A stretch of DNA of 32,000 nt, taken from the NCBI RefSeq assembly GCF_000025945.1, contig NC_006139.1, forward strand, positions 89,588 to 121,587, read 5' to 3'. The stretch's first letter is position 1. Each line of letters starts with the position of its first letter. The notes below the pieces were generated by a model. That model saw only the letters and a list, made by a program, of their open reading frames with translations, had not been told where the DNA came from and ran no database searches. Shown here in pieces: positions 23,845-31,669 of this stretch. The stretch is from Desulfotalea psychrophila LSv54. Its GTDB lineage: Bacteria > Desulfobacterota > Desulfobulbia > Desulfobulbales > Desulfocapsaceae. A program made the position numbers and the translations under genes.

Positions 23845-26800
23845 TCAAACATTACCGAATTCCAAATCCAGTTGATTTAGCGGCCTGTGTTCACCAGCCA
23901 GAATAATATCGGCCAATTTGAATGAATAGCGACCCAGAACATTAATATGCTCATAACGTAATGGTGACAGGGTTGAGATGTCGTCGTCCAGTATAGTCAT
24001 TCCACTTTGCCTCAGGTGATGTATTGCGTCTTGCATATAAATTGTATTCCAAAGCACAACAGCATTGGTAATGAGGCCAAGAGCACCAAGTTGATCCTCC
24101 TGCCCCTCACGGTAATGTTTACGAATTTCACCTCTACGACCATGGCAAATCACTCGTGCAAGATCATGTCGTTTTTCAGTCCGATTAAGTTGTGTGAGTA
24201 TCCGCCTCCTGTAGCCTTCATCGCTTACGAAATTTAGTAAGTAAATAGTCTTGTTGATACGGCCCACCTCCATTATTGCCAGAGTCAGGCTGGTCGGTCG
24301 TTCACTTTTGAGCAAGGATCGTATAAGCTCTGACGCTTGAATCGTGCCGAGCTTCAATGAACCGGTAACGCGTAGCATATCATCCCAGTGATGCACTATA
24401 CGTTCTGTATTCAAATAGTTGCTTGCCAATTCATCAAGAGGACCGTAATGGGCATCTCGATCTACACGCCAAAATTTGGCATCTCCAGCATCAGCGAGAC
24501 GCGGCGAGAATTGATATAACCAAGCAGCCAAAATAGACCGAACACCAAGTCACTAGCACCGCTGGTGTCTGTCATAATCTCTTTTGGGCGTAAACCAGTT
24601 TGTTGTTCCAACAAGCCCTCCAACACATAAATAGAATCACGTAACGTGCCAGGTATCACGATGCAATGAAAACCGGAAAACTGATCAGGCATAAAGTTGT
24701 ACCAGGTAATACCACGACCACCTCTTGGAAAATACTTGGGATTCGGCCCTGAGTGAATCGTTTTTACAGGCGTCACAAAGCGCAATCCATCAGCCGAGGC
24801 AACGTCACCGCCTCCCCAAAGATTGGCTAATGAGAGCGTTGACTGATGATCAACCAGACGTGCGTTGGCTCGGACAAGGGTTTCTCCACGGAGATAGTTT
24901 TGCTTCACCCAACTCAGCCTGTGGCGTGTTAGTGCCGGTACATTGGGTTGAATTAATGGGTCCATACCTATATTGCAGGCCTCGGCCAGCAACACAGCGC
25001 AAACACTGACAGGTAGATCGTCAACACGGGCCCGGGCTTCACTCACATGTTTAAATTCGTCGGCAAAACCGGTAAGTGCATTTATCTCTAAAACTATTTC
25101 TGTGAGATCGATCTTTGGCAATAGGTTGCCAACGAGTTTCCGAAGTTCAACAAGACTGGCAGGTTCCTCCTCTTTCTCCAGATTGGTGATTGTCAGGGTT
25201 GGTCGGTCCCCTGTATGGTCAACACGTACTGCATCGTTAACCTCGAAATTGGCAGCGACACTTCGGTAAGTAGTATCAAGCTGTTGAGTGAGTCTCTGTA
25301 ACCCCTCTTCACCGTCAACCGAGTGGCCCAGTGACCGACAGACTTGGACACAATGGGATTGCCATTCAGTGCTGTCGAGCATCTTTATTCGAGGGTCGCC
25401 CCAGCGGTCACTGTTATTGACATATACATCACGGCGACGCAAGCTATCCTGCAACTTGTCTAGAAAACAAAGAATATAGCCACGTGTCATCACTCGGTTT
25501 TGCTGATCAAACACCAGCCGTTGCCACGACTTACTGATGATCTCAAGAGGAGCATCATCTAAAAATTGCTTACGAGTTGGAACCAGTTCACTTAAGTAGT
25601 TGAGTGAGGCCATTGTGATTGTTCCTGCTGGCGCACAGTCAAAACAAATATTGTTCAACAATGATGCCAGAAACAGCTTAACCCGGCCGTATTGTTCCAC
25701 CATTTCTTCATGAAAATGTCCTCCAGGAGGCCTCGCAATTTCGTTGACTGTTGCAATGGACTGTTTGAGTTGGTCTTTGGGAACACAGGCATAGATTGCT
25801 TCACGCAACTGATCATTGCTCATTTCATCGTTCAACACCAGCGCACATACCTGGGCTAATGTTAACGCCGATCTATCTAGGTCCTTCAAGGTGCGCAAAC
25901 GCTTTTTCTTGCCAAGTAACACCTGGCCTTTCCCGCAATATCTGTGATAAGCAGATCGAGTACATCCAACGCATCGTCCAGAGCGATAATCTCGAACGCC
26001 TTCACAAAGGCGACCAAGATTCCAATCCTCTTTTCATCGGACATTCGAGAAATCTGCCATTGCGAAAGTATTCCTGCTTGTCGTGCTATGCTTTTAAAGC
26101 GTGCGGCCGGGATACTGGAGAAGTCGAGGTTTTGTAATCCATAAGCTCTTAAATTACTGTAGCGTTCAACAGTCTCAACAAAAGATGGTCCGCTAATATT
26201 GAAGGGTCCTTTGCGAAAACGATCAAATTGTGAATTGCGTTGATCTTGAGGAACCACTAGCAGTTCCTCAAGTGCCCTCTTCTGCTCCTGAGTGGGTAAG
26301 AAGGCCAGACGCTTCCATAGTTGATTTGACACTCGTTCACGGATTTCAATAATGAGTCTTTGCAAGATTGTTGCTCCTGGCAGGAGTACTCTGTTTTGAA
26401 TAAGCCAAGCGGTACCCATGTCAAACATTAAACTGGGACGTTCATTGTTGATCCAGGATCAACTGTAGAGAAAACGGCTGAGCCGAAAACGCCAGGGTGG
26501 TGCATTAAAAGTGTGATAACCATAATGGCTCTGAATTTCAGATCGATGAGCGAGGCGAGTGGCTCGTCGATTCATGTAGGCACTGAGATTATCAAGGTTT
26601 GAAATGGAAAGTTGAGCTGCAATGAATTGCAAAACGTTACGCGGCACCTGTGTGGGATCGGACAGAAAGGTGCCTAAAAAACGAACGGTAGTCAGCTGCA
26701 AAGCATACCCCAGGCGATTGTAATCACCATGGCAGTTTTCTACGAGCGCACGATCCGTATCATCGAGATGGAAATAGCGGGACAATTGAGCATCATCCGG

Positions 26801-26860
26801 ATCACCTTCATAGCGGCCATATTGACGACGCTTAAAAGTTGTTAGGAAATCTCTAGCCAT
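23845..26860 (-). pseudogene. tnpA: Tn3-family transposase, inactivated (1 nonsense + 2 frameshifts)
   Basis: Four consecutive ORFs (26459-26917, 25886-26428, 24462-25922, 23845-24531) together cover a ~1000-aa TnpA. The real start is MARDFLTTFKRRQYG (ATG 26858-26860), 1 nt after the tnpR stop. An in-frame TGA lies at 26459-26461 (..RFLYS*SWINNERPSLMFDMGTAWL..). A frameshift lies near 25915-25925 (..DIAGKAR / LLGKKKRLRTLKDLD..). Another lies near 24513-24517 in tatat (..FGLFWLLGY / QFSPRLADAGDAKFWRVD..). Confidence 0.9.
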
Positions 26861-26861
26861 G

Positions 26862-27422
26862 TTATTCCGACATGCGAAGGTACTGATACAATGTTTCGCG
26901 GCTGATCCCAAAATCACGCGCGATCTGTGTTTTCTGTTCGCCAGCTATTACTCGGGATTTTACGATGGCAATGTCAGCATCAGAGAGGGCACGTTTTCGG
27001 CCGCGATATGCACCGCGTTGTTGGGCCAGCGTAATGCCCTCCCTTTGGCGTTCACGGATCAAAGCTCGCTCGAATTCTGCAAAGGCTCCCATAACTGATA
27101 ACAAGAGATTGGCCATTGGAGAATCCTCACCTGTGAACGTCAGGTTTTCTTTAACAAACTCGATCCGAATTCCACGCTGTGTCAATTCTTGAACTAAACG
27201 GCGCAGATCGTCAAGGTTTCGAGCTAGTCGGTCCATGCTATGCACGACCACTGTATCTCCTTCACGTATAAAAGAAAGAAGTAGGTCTAGCTGGGGGCGT
27301 TGAACATCTTTACCAGATGCTTTGTCGGTGAAGACTTTATCAACGTGAACGTTTTCGAGTTGTCGCTCCGTATTCTGATCAAGGGTGCTTACCCGGATAT
27401 AGCCTATTCGATGCCCCTTCAT
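26862..27422 (-). CDS. tnpR: serine recombinase, Tn3-family resolvase (intact)
   Basis: 186 aa. MKGHRIGYIRVSTLDQNTERQ.. contains the catalytic Ser motif. ..HSMDRLARNLDDL.. and ..GAFAEFERALIRERQREGI.. are also present. The C-terminal HTH is ..QIARDFGISRETLYQYL. AGGAGG lies upstream of the ATG at 27420-27422. Confidence 0.95.
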   Translation of the reverse strand: MKGHRIGYIRVSTLDQNTERQLENVHVDKVFTDKASGKDVQRPQLDLLLSFIREGDTVVVHSMDRLARNLDDLRRLVQELTQRGIRIEFVKENLTFTGEDSPMANLLLSVMGAFAEFERALIRERQREGITLAQQRGAYRGRKRALSDADIAIVKSRVIAGEQKTQIARDFGISRETLYQYLRMSE

Positions 27423-27565
27423 GGTGCCTCCTGGTTAAAGTGTCAGGTTGAAGTCTATGACTCTAGGCAACATATGTCAAGAATTAAGAAAGACGACTCT
27501 ATACTGACGTATATTATGATACTACCCTGACGTCAGCATAGGGTATACTCTACTCTGACAAATGA
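27423..27565 (-). promoter_or_regulatory. probable res (resolution) site / tnpR promoter region
   Basis: Located immediately upstream of tnpR. Contains several TGTCA/TGACA half-sites (TGTCAG ~27441, TGTCAA ~27474, CTGACG ~27503, TCTGACA ~27553). Also a dyad TACCCTGACGTCAGCATAGGGTA centred on the palindrome TGACGTCA (~27524-27546). Subsites were not resolved. Confidence 0.5.
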
Positions 27566-27830
27566 AGGAGTAATTAGATACAATGCCTGGAATGACCTAT
27601 CATTTGTGAATTTATCGTTCATGCCGTGGTATCTGCAATCCTGCCTGACATAATTTTCTTGACCAAAACAGACAAGATGGAGCCAAAATCCTCCTCCAGT
27701 TCAAAGATTCAGGAATCCCAGCTATGCCACCTAATAACTGAGGCAAAGGTGTTCATGGATAAGCTCGAATTCCAGATTTCGCTTTCGGCGTTAGGGTTTT
27801 GGAGCCGACGATGTGTCTGAAAACAGTCGA

Positions 27831-27866
27831 CATCTTGAGCCGGAATAATTTGATAGTCTCAAGATG
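27831..27866 (-). terminator. possible terminator hairpin after the TetR gene
   Basis: Perfect 9-bp inverted repeat CATCTTGAG (27831-27839) / CTCAAGATG (27858-27866) starting 3 nt after the stop. The loop is long (18 nt) and the downstream U-tract is weak (uguuuuc). Confidence 0.3.
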
Positions 27867-27868
27867 TT

Positions 27869-28462
27869 TCATCTGGAAATCTTCACATCTTTGAGATTAG
27901 CTTTTCCCCCCAAGGCATCCAAATAAAAAGTGATTGGACCTCTTGCCACGTCAACTGTCAGAGATTTGTTACCATCATTACAGCGTGCCGCTAAAGCAAA
28001 CCCGTGCAAATAATCGACTAGCAAATCCATTGCATCTTTCTTGTCGGGCTCAGGTAAGTTCAGCGGAGATAGAATTTCTTCGAACCTGGAGATAAATATT
28101 TTTGCAGGACTTACATCCGACATTGCGAGCATAGTCTCAAGAAGTCCTGCATAATCTTGCAGCAATCTCAAATAGCTAACGCTTAGACATAACAATTCAT
28201 CTCGCCAAGATTTATGTCCATCAGGTTCATAAATCGACTCCATCAAATCCACAGTTACTGCCTCAAGGATCGCAGTTTTATTGGAGTAGTAGTAATAAAT
28301 AGCCATCGGATCGACATCCAGCGTAGAAGCAATTTTCCTAATACTCGGAACCTTGCCACTTTGCTCTAACAATCTTACAGCTGACTCAACTATCGCCTCT
28401 GAAGAAAGTTTCCCACCCATTTTCAAAGGTCGCCCTCTTTTTTTATTCTTGACACTCATCAT
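27869..28462 (-). CDS. TetR/AcrR-family transcriptional regulator
   Basis: MMSVKNKKRGRPLKMGGKLSSEAIVESAVRLLEQSGKVPSIRKIASTLDVDPMAIYYYYSNKTAILEAV is a canonical TetR N-terminal HTH. About 197 aa from the ATG ATG at 28462/28459. The longer ORF-track start adds an implausible Cys/Tyr-rich leader. Confidence 0.85.
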   Translation of the reverse strand: MMSVKNKKRGRPLKMGGKLSSEAIVESAVRLLEQSGKVPSIRKIASTLDVDPMAIYYYYSNKTAILEAVTVDLMESIYEPDGHKSWRDELLCLSVSYLRLLQDYAGLLETMLAMSDVSPAKIFISRFEEILSPLNLPEPDKKDAMDLLVDYLHGFALAARCNDGNKSLTVDVARGPITFYLDALGGKANLKDVKISR

Positions 28463-28516
28463 ATCTCCGGTGTATTTAACCGACACTTTTTCTACACTGT
28501 AGAATAATATGTACGA

Positions 28517-28549
28517 GCAATAATGGCAAGATTTAATTGTCATTATTGC
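28517..28549. promoter_or_regulatory. candidate TetR operator in the divergent tetR / reductase intergenic region
   Basis: GCAATAATGGCAA-gatttaa-TTGTCATTATTGC. The arms are 13 bp with one mismatch and lie between the two divergent starts. Confidence 0.5.
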
Positions 28550-28585
28550 ACAACGATAAGTAAAATGGATGATTTAGGAGTTAAC

Positions 28586-29122
28586 ATGGCAAATATTGTA
28601 TTTATTGGCGTAAGTCTCGATGGTTACATAGCTGACAAGGATGGAGGACTTGAGTTTCTCCAATGTATTCCAAACCCTGAACACGATGAACTTGGCTTTC
28701 CTGAGTTCATGGCCAGCATAGATGCTCTACTTATGGGAAGAAACACTTATGAAACTATCCTTAGCTTTGGAGGGGAATGGCCATACTCAAAGCCAGTATT
28801 TGTTTTATCCAACTCACTCACATCCCTTCCAGAACATCTCAAAGGTAAAGGTGAGCTTATTATAAGCGGATCAGTTGAAGAAGTAACACAGCAACTCAAT
28901 CAGCAAGGATTCACGAATCTCTACATTGATGGTGGAAAACTGATCCAGAGTTTCTTGAAGCTCGATATGATAGATGAACTCGTTATCTCAAAAATACCGA
29001 TTTTGCTCGGAGGGGGAACCTCTCTATTTGGAGATCTTCAATCTCATCTCATGTTTGAGCATGTAAGTACGGAAGTGCTACTCAATGCAATTGTGCAATC
29101 GCATTATAAACGTATAAGGTAG
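28586..29122 (+). CDS. dihydrofolate reductase family protein (RibD C-terminal domain type)
   Basis: TAGGAG-ttaac-ATG. MANIVFIGVSLDGYIADKDGGLEFL..ALLMGRNTYE..PVFVLSN..LYIDGGKLIQSFLKLDMIDELVISKIPILLGGGTSLF is the typical RibD_C/YwjB-like pattern. 178 aa. Confidence 0.85.
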   Translation: MANIVFIGVSLDGYIADKDGGLEFLQCIPNPEHDELGFPEFMASIDALLMGRNTYETILSFGGEWPYSKPVFVLSNSLTSLPEHLKGKGELIISGSVEEVTQQLNQQGFTNLYIDGGKLIQSFLKLDMIDELVISKIPILLGGGTSLFGDLQSHLMFEHVSTEVLLNAIVQSHYKRIR

Positions 29123-29411
29123 AGAAAAGATTTAACCTGCCAACCATCAAGAGGAAGGTCAAGACTGGCCTTCTTCCTGAAAGGAGCTATCAGATAGAAT
29201 GGGTTTGCCCCAAAATGGAGTAAATGCAAAGAAGAGATAACCAAAGATAATCTTCTCCAAAAAATTGTCATGGATAAGATCAATTCTCAAATTGCGTTTT
29301 TGTTGTTGTGATGTACAGGAAGAGTCTCTACTTTTGGTCTGATATTAAATACATAGACCTTCGATATGGCTATATCAGCCCTGAATCGTAACTCTCTTTT
29401 TGAGGCCTATT

Positions 29412-29915
29412 CTATCCATTAAATGCAGTACCGTACGCTACTTCACCAGCAGGCAAGATGTTTTCTTTATTAGCCAGTGATCGAATTAGAAAATACTCAG
29501 AAGGCACACCCGGTAATATCAGATTTTTATTTGCCTTAAAACCAAAACGACCGTAATATCCTGGCTCGCCAAGCAGCACAATGCCACCCGCACCTTGTTT
29601 TTTTTAACTCAGCAATACCGGCTTCAATCAACTGGCTGCCAATACCTTCCCTTTGACGACTTGGACTAACCGAAACAGGGCCCAACCCATACCAGTTAGC
29701 TGAAACTGCACCAATAGTCACTGGAGAAAAAGCAATATGCCCAACAATCCCCGCTTCAACTTCGGCAACCAATGATAAACTAAGGGTACCATTGTCTCGA
29801 AGCTTATTAATGATCATGTGCTCTGTGGGGCTCGCCTCCGGTTCATGATGAGGGTGATTTTCAAAAGCCTGGTAAGTTAATGCTTCAATTTTGTTATGAT
29901 CTGAAATTATCTCGA
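29412..29915 (-). pseudogene. GNAT-family N-acetyltransferase, frameshifted in a T8/A8 run and lacking a canonical start
   Basis: Frame 1 reads (K)IRFEIISDHNKIEALTYQAFENHPHHEPEASPTEHMIINKLRDNGTLSLSLVAEVEAGIVGHIAFSPVTI..WYGLGPVSVSPSRQREGIGSQLIEAGIAELKK. After the homopolymer at 29598-29605 the conserved continuation is in another frame: QGAGGIVLLGEPGYYGRFGFKANKNLILPGVPSEYFLIRSL..*. The position where the family normally starts (M-x-IR) reads ATA. Confidence 0.75.
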
Positions 29916-31090
29916 ATCTTATTTTCCTTTTTTAGTACAAACATCTGATACCCATACTGCCCCAGATATTTCTGATGTATTTCTAATTCGCTTTGAATAT
30001 CCTCAAGCGCTTGAGATGTAAAATCTCTCTGCGGCAATTGTTTTACTTTGGTAGTAAGCGGGTTGAGATAATTGCCCCACGCCTGCTTACTCAATTCAAA
30101 GCTATCAATTATTTTATAGCCAGCGTTCTCAATCAATTGATACCTGCTGGCAACCGTTACCATATCTGGATAATTTTGTTGCCAAAACTTAAGCACCTCA
30201 TTTTCTGGTGATTCAGTTAACCAAACCAAGTCACTAAATACTAAAAACCCTTCCTCTTTAATGAAAGGTTTCCAGTCTTCCAGTGCCTGTGGTACACCCA
30301 TGATATAAGCACTCCCTTCTGACCAGATCACATCAAACTGATGTTCTGAAAAAGACATATCGGTCATACTTGCACAGACGGCAGTCACCTTACCCAATTG
30401 TGATTTCCGATCCAAACTCTCCCTCAAGCAAGCCAGGCTGTATTCGTCATTATCCAACGCTGTGACAGAAAATTGAGTTTGTTCAGCAAGTAAAATAGTC
30501 ACTACACCCTTTCCACAACCTATATCGAGTAGTTCACCAGATTTAACAGGAATAGTGTTAATTGCCTGTAATGAATCAATTTCATCCCCTGGCCCTAATC
30601 GTTCTAATCCCTCAAAGATCAGCTCAAAGTCAGCCATATATTGCTCATGTTCATTCATATCTTTTGATAACCATTTAAGTCTCAATGCCTGTTTCTCGCT
30701 AAATCCTTGCTTCATTAGCCAGTTTAAGTGTGCTAAAGGGGCTTGTTTATCAATGGATTGATGCCATTCTCTCATAGAAGTCATACCCAGCATTGAGCAG
30801 AGCAGGTCTCTGGATTTTTGTTTTTGGGCTATCTCCTCATCCAGCACTTTAAGACGTTGAAGTAGCCTTTCCCTATCAATGCGTGCTTCCAAACATGCAC
30901 GACATTCTTTTAGCGTCAATCCTCCTGCTTGGAGTTGCTGCAACAATTTTAATTGCTGAACATCTTGTTCAGAGTAATTTCGGTATCCATTCGCCTGTCG
31001 TTTCGACGAAATCAGCCCGAGCTTTTCGTAATAAAGAATCGTTGAGCGACTCAATCCGACTTTGTGTGCTAATGCAGAAATACGATACAT
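29894..31090 (-). CDS. MerR-family HTH domain fused to a class I SAM-dependent methyltransferase
   Basis: The N-terminus MYRISALAHKVGLSRSTILYYEKLGLISSKRQANGYRNYSEQDVQQLKLLQQLQAGGLTLKE is a MerR HTH plus coiled coil. The C-terminal half has methyltransferase motif I, LLDIGCGKGVVTILLAE, and the post-I/II regions (..VTALDND.., ..FDVIWSEGSAY..). A strong AAGGAGAGG lies before the ATG at 31088-31090. Confidence 0.85.
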   Translation of the reverse strand: MYRISALAHKVGLSRSTILYYEKLGLISSKRQANGYRNYSEQDVQQLKLLQQLQAGGLTLKECRACLEARIDRERLLQRLKVLDEEIAQKQKSRDLLCSMLGMTSMREWHQSIDKQAPLAHLNWLMKQGFSEKQALRLKWLSKDMNEHEQYMADFELIFEGLERLGPGDEIDSLQAINTIPVKSGELLDIGCGKGVVTILLAEQTQFSVTALDNDEYSLACLRESLDRKSQLGKVTAVCASMTDMSFSEHQFDVIWSEGSAYIMGVPQALEDWKPFIKEEGFLVFSDLVWLTESPENEVLKFWQQNYPDMVTVASRYQLIENAGYKIIDSFELSKQAWGNYLNPLTTKVKQLPQRDFTSQALEDIQSELEIHQKYLGQYGYQMFVLKKENKIRDNFRS

Positions 31091-31113
31091 AAATGCCTCT
31101 CCTTTGTGAACAC

Positions 31114-31144
31114 ATCATAAACTATGAAGTTGTAGACAGGTCAA
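31114..31144 (-). promoter_or_regulatory. candidate promoter with 19-nt spacer upstream of the MerR-fusion gene
   Basis: Minus strand reads TTGACC (31144-31139), a 19-nt spacer, then TATGAT (31119-31114). An over-long 19-bp spacer is the hallmark of MerR-regulated promoters. No clear dyad was seen in the spacer. Confidence 0.35.
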
Positions 31145-31378
31145 GGTTGATTGTTACTAATGTGATATTTTTTCGGTATAGATTCAAGAGTTGGTACGCT
31201 GAGAAGACAGTACTGTCAACCTGGTTCTGAAGCTTGGAACTGGAGATTTCAACATGATATCAAAGATATAAAGTTAATATTCTTCCTATGGAGATAGAAT
31301 CAGACACTTCATTGGAATTATTCAAAAATGGAGTAATTGAAAAGTAGAGCTTACCAAAGAGAAGGTTTCGATCTTCTC

Positions 31379-31415
31379 CTTAGCGTCGGCTTTCGTTCTA
31401 TTGGGTTTCAAAACC
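31379..31415 (-). repeat. second, divergent Tn3-type IR abutting the inner side of the right IR
   Basis: The reverse complement is GGTTTTGAAACCCAATAGAACGAAAGCCGACGCTAAG. It has the same architecture (GGT.TTTGAA...GAACGAAAG...ACGCTAAG), but only about 26 of 38 positions match the functional pair. Confidence 0.55.
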
Positions 31416-31453
31416 CTTATAGTACTTTTTCGTCCATTTGAGGTTCAAAGACC
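31416..31453 (-). repeat. right 38-bp Tn3-family terminal inverted repeat
   Basis: The reverse complement is GGTCTTTGAACCTCAAATGGACGAAAAAGTACTATAAG. It mismatches the left IR only at positions 3, 17 and 28. Confidence 0.8.
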
Positions 31454-31669
31454 GAAGACCCTTTGCCAGGAGGCTACCAGTGCTTCCGAGGGTTTTGTAG
31501 CCCTCTCAAGGCCGCTTTTACTGCTGATCGCATCGTTCCCATTCAGATCTAACCCTTGGAATCCGATCACCTTGATTTCAGTTTTAACGATATTTCATTC
31601 GAAGGAAATGAGATCCGTTTTGTCATTGAGTGGAAGGTGGATCAATTGCTGTTTTGTGAATTTTGGCAA

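Larger units (their letters stand above)
23754..31453. mobile_element. Tn3-family transposon (7.7 kb): IR - tnpA(pseudo) - tnpR - res - cargo - IR
   Basis: 38-bp terminal inverted repeats, 35/38 identical. tnpR and tnpA are co-directional with res upstream of tnpR (Tn21/Tn501-like layout). AAGAC is found at both junctions. The flanking sequence reconstitutes one continuous ORF. Confidence 0.8.

Noticed and set aside
26459-26461. In-frame TGA in tnpA as possible selenocysteine or programmed read-through.
   Set aside because: The same gene also has two true frameshifts. No SECIS-like hairpin is evident downstream. Tn3 transposases are not known selenoproteins. A simple nonsense mutation is the parsimonious reading.
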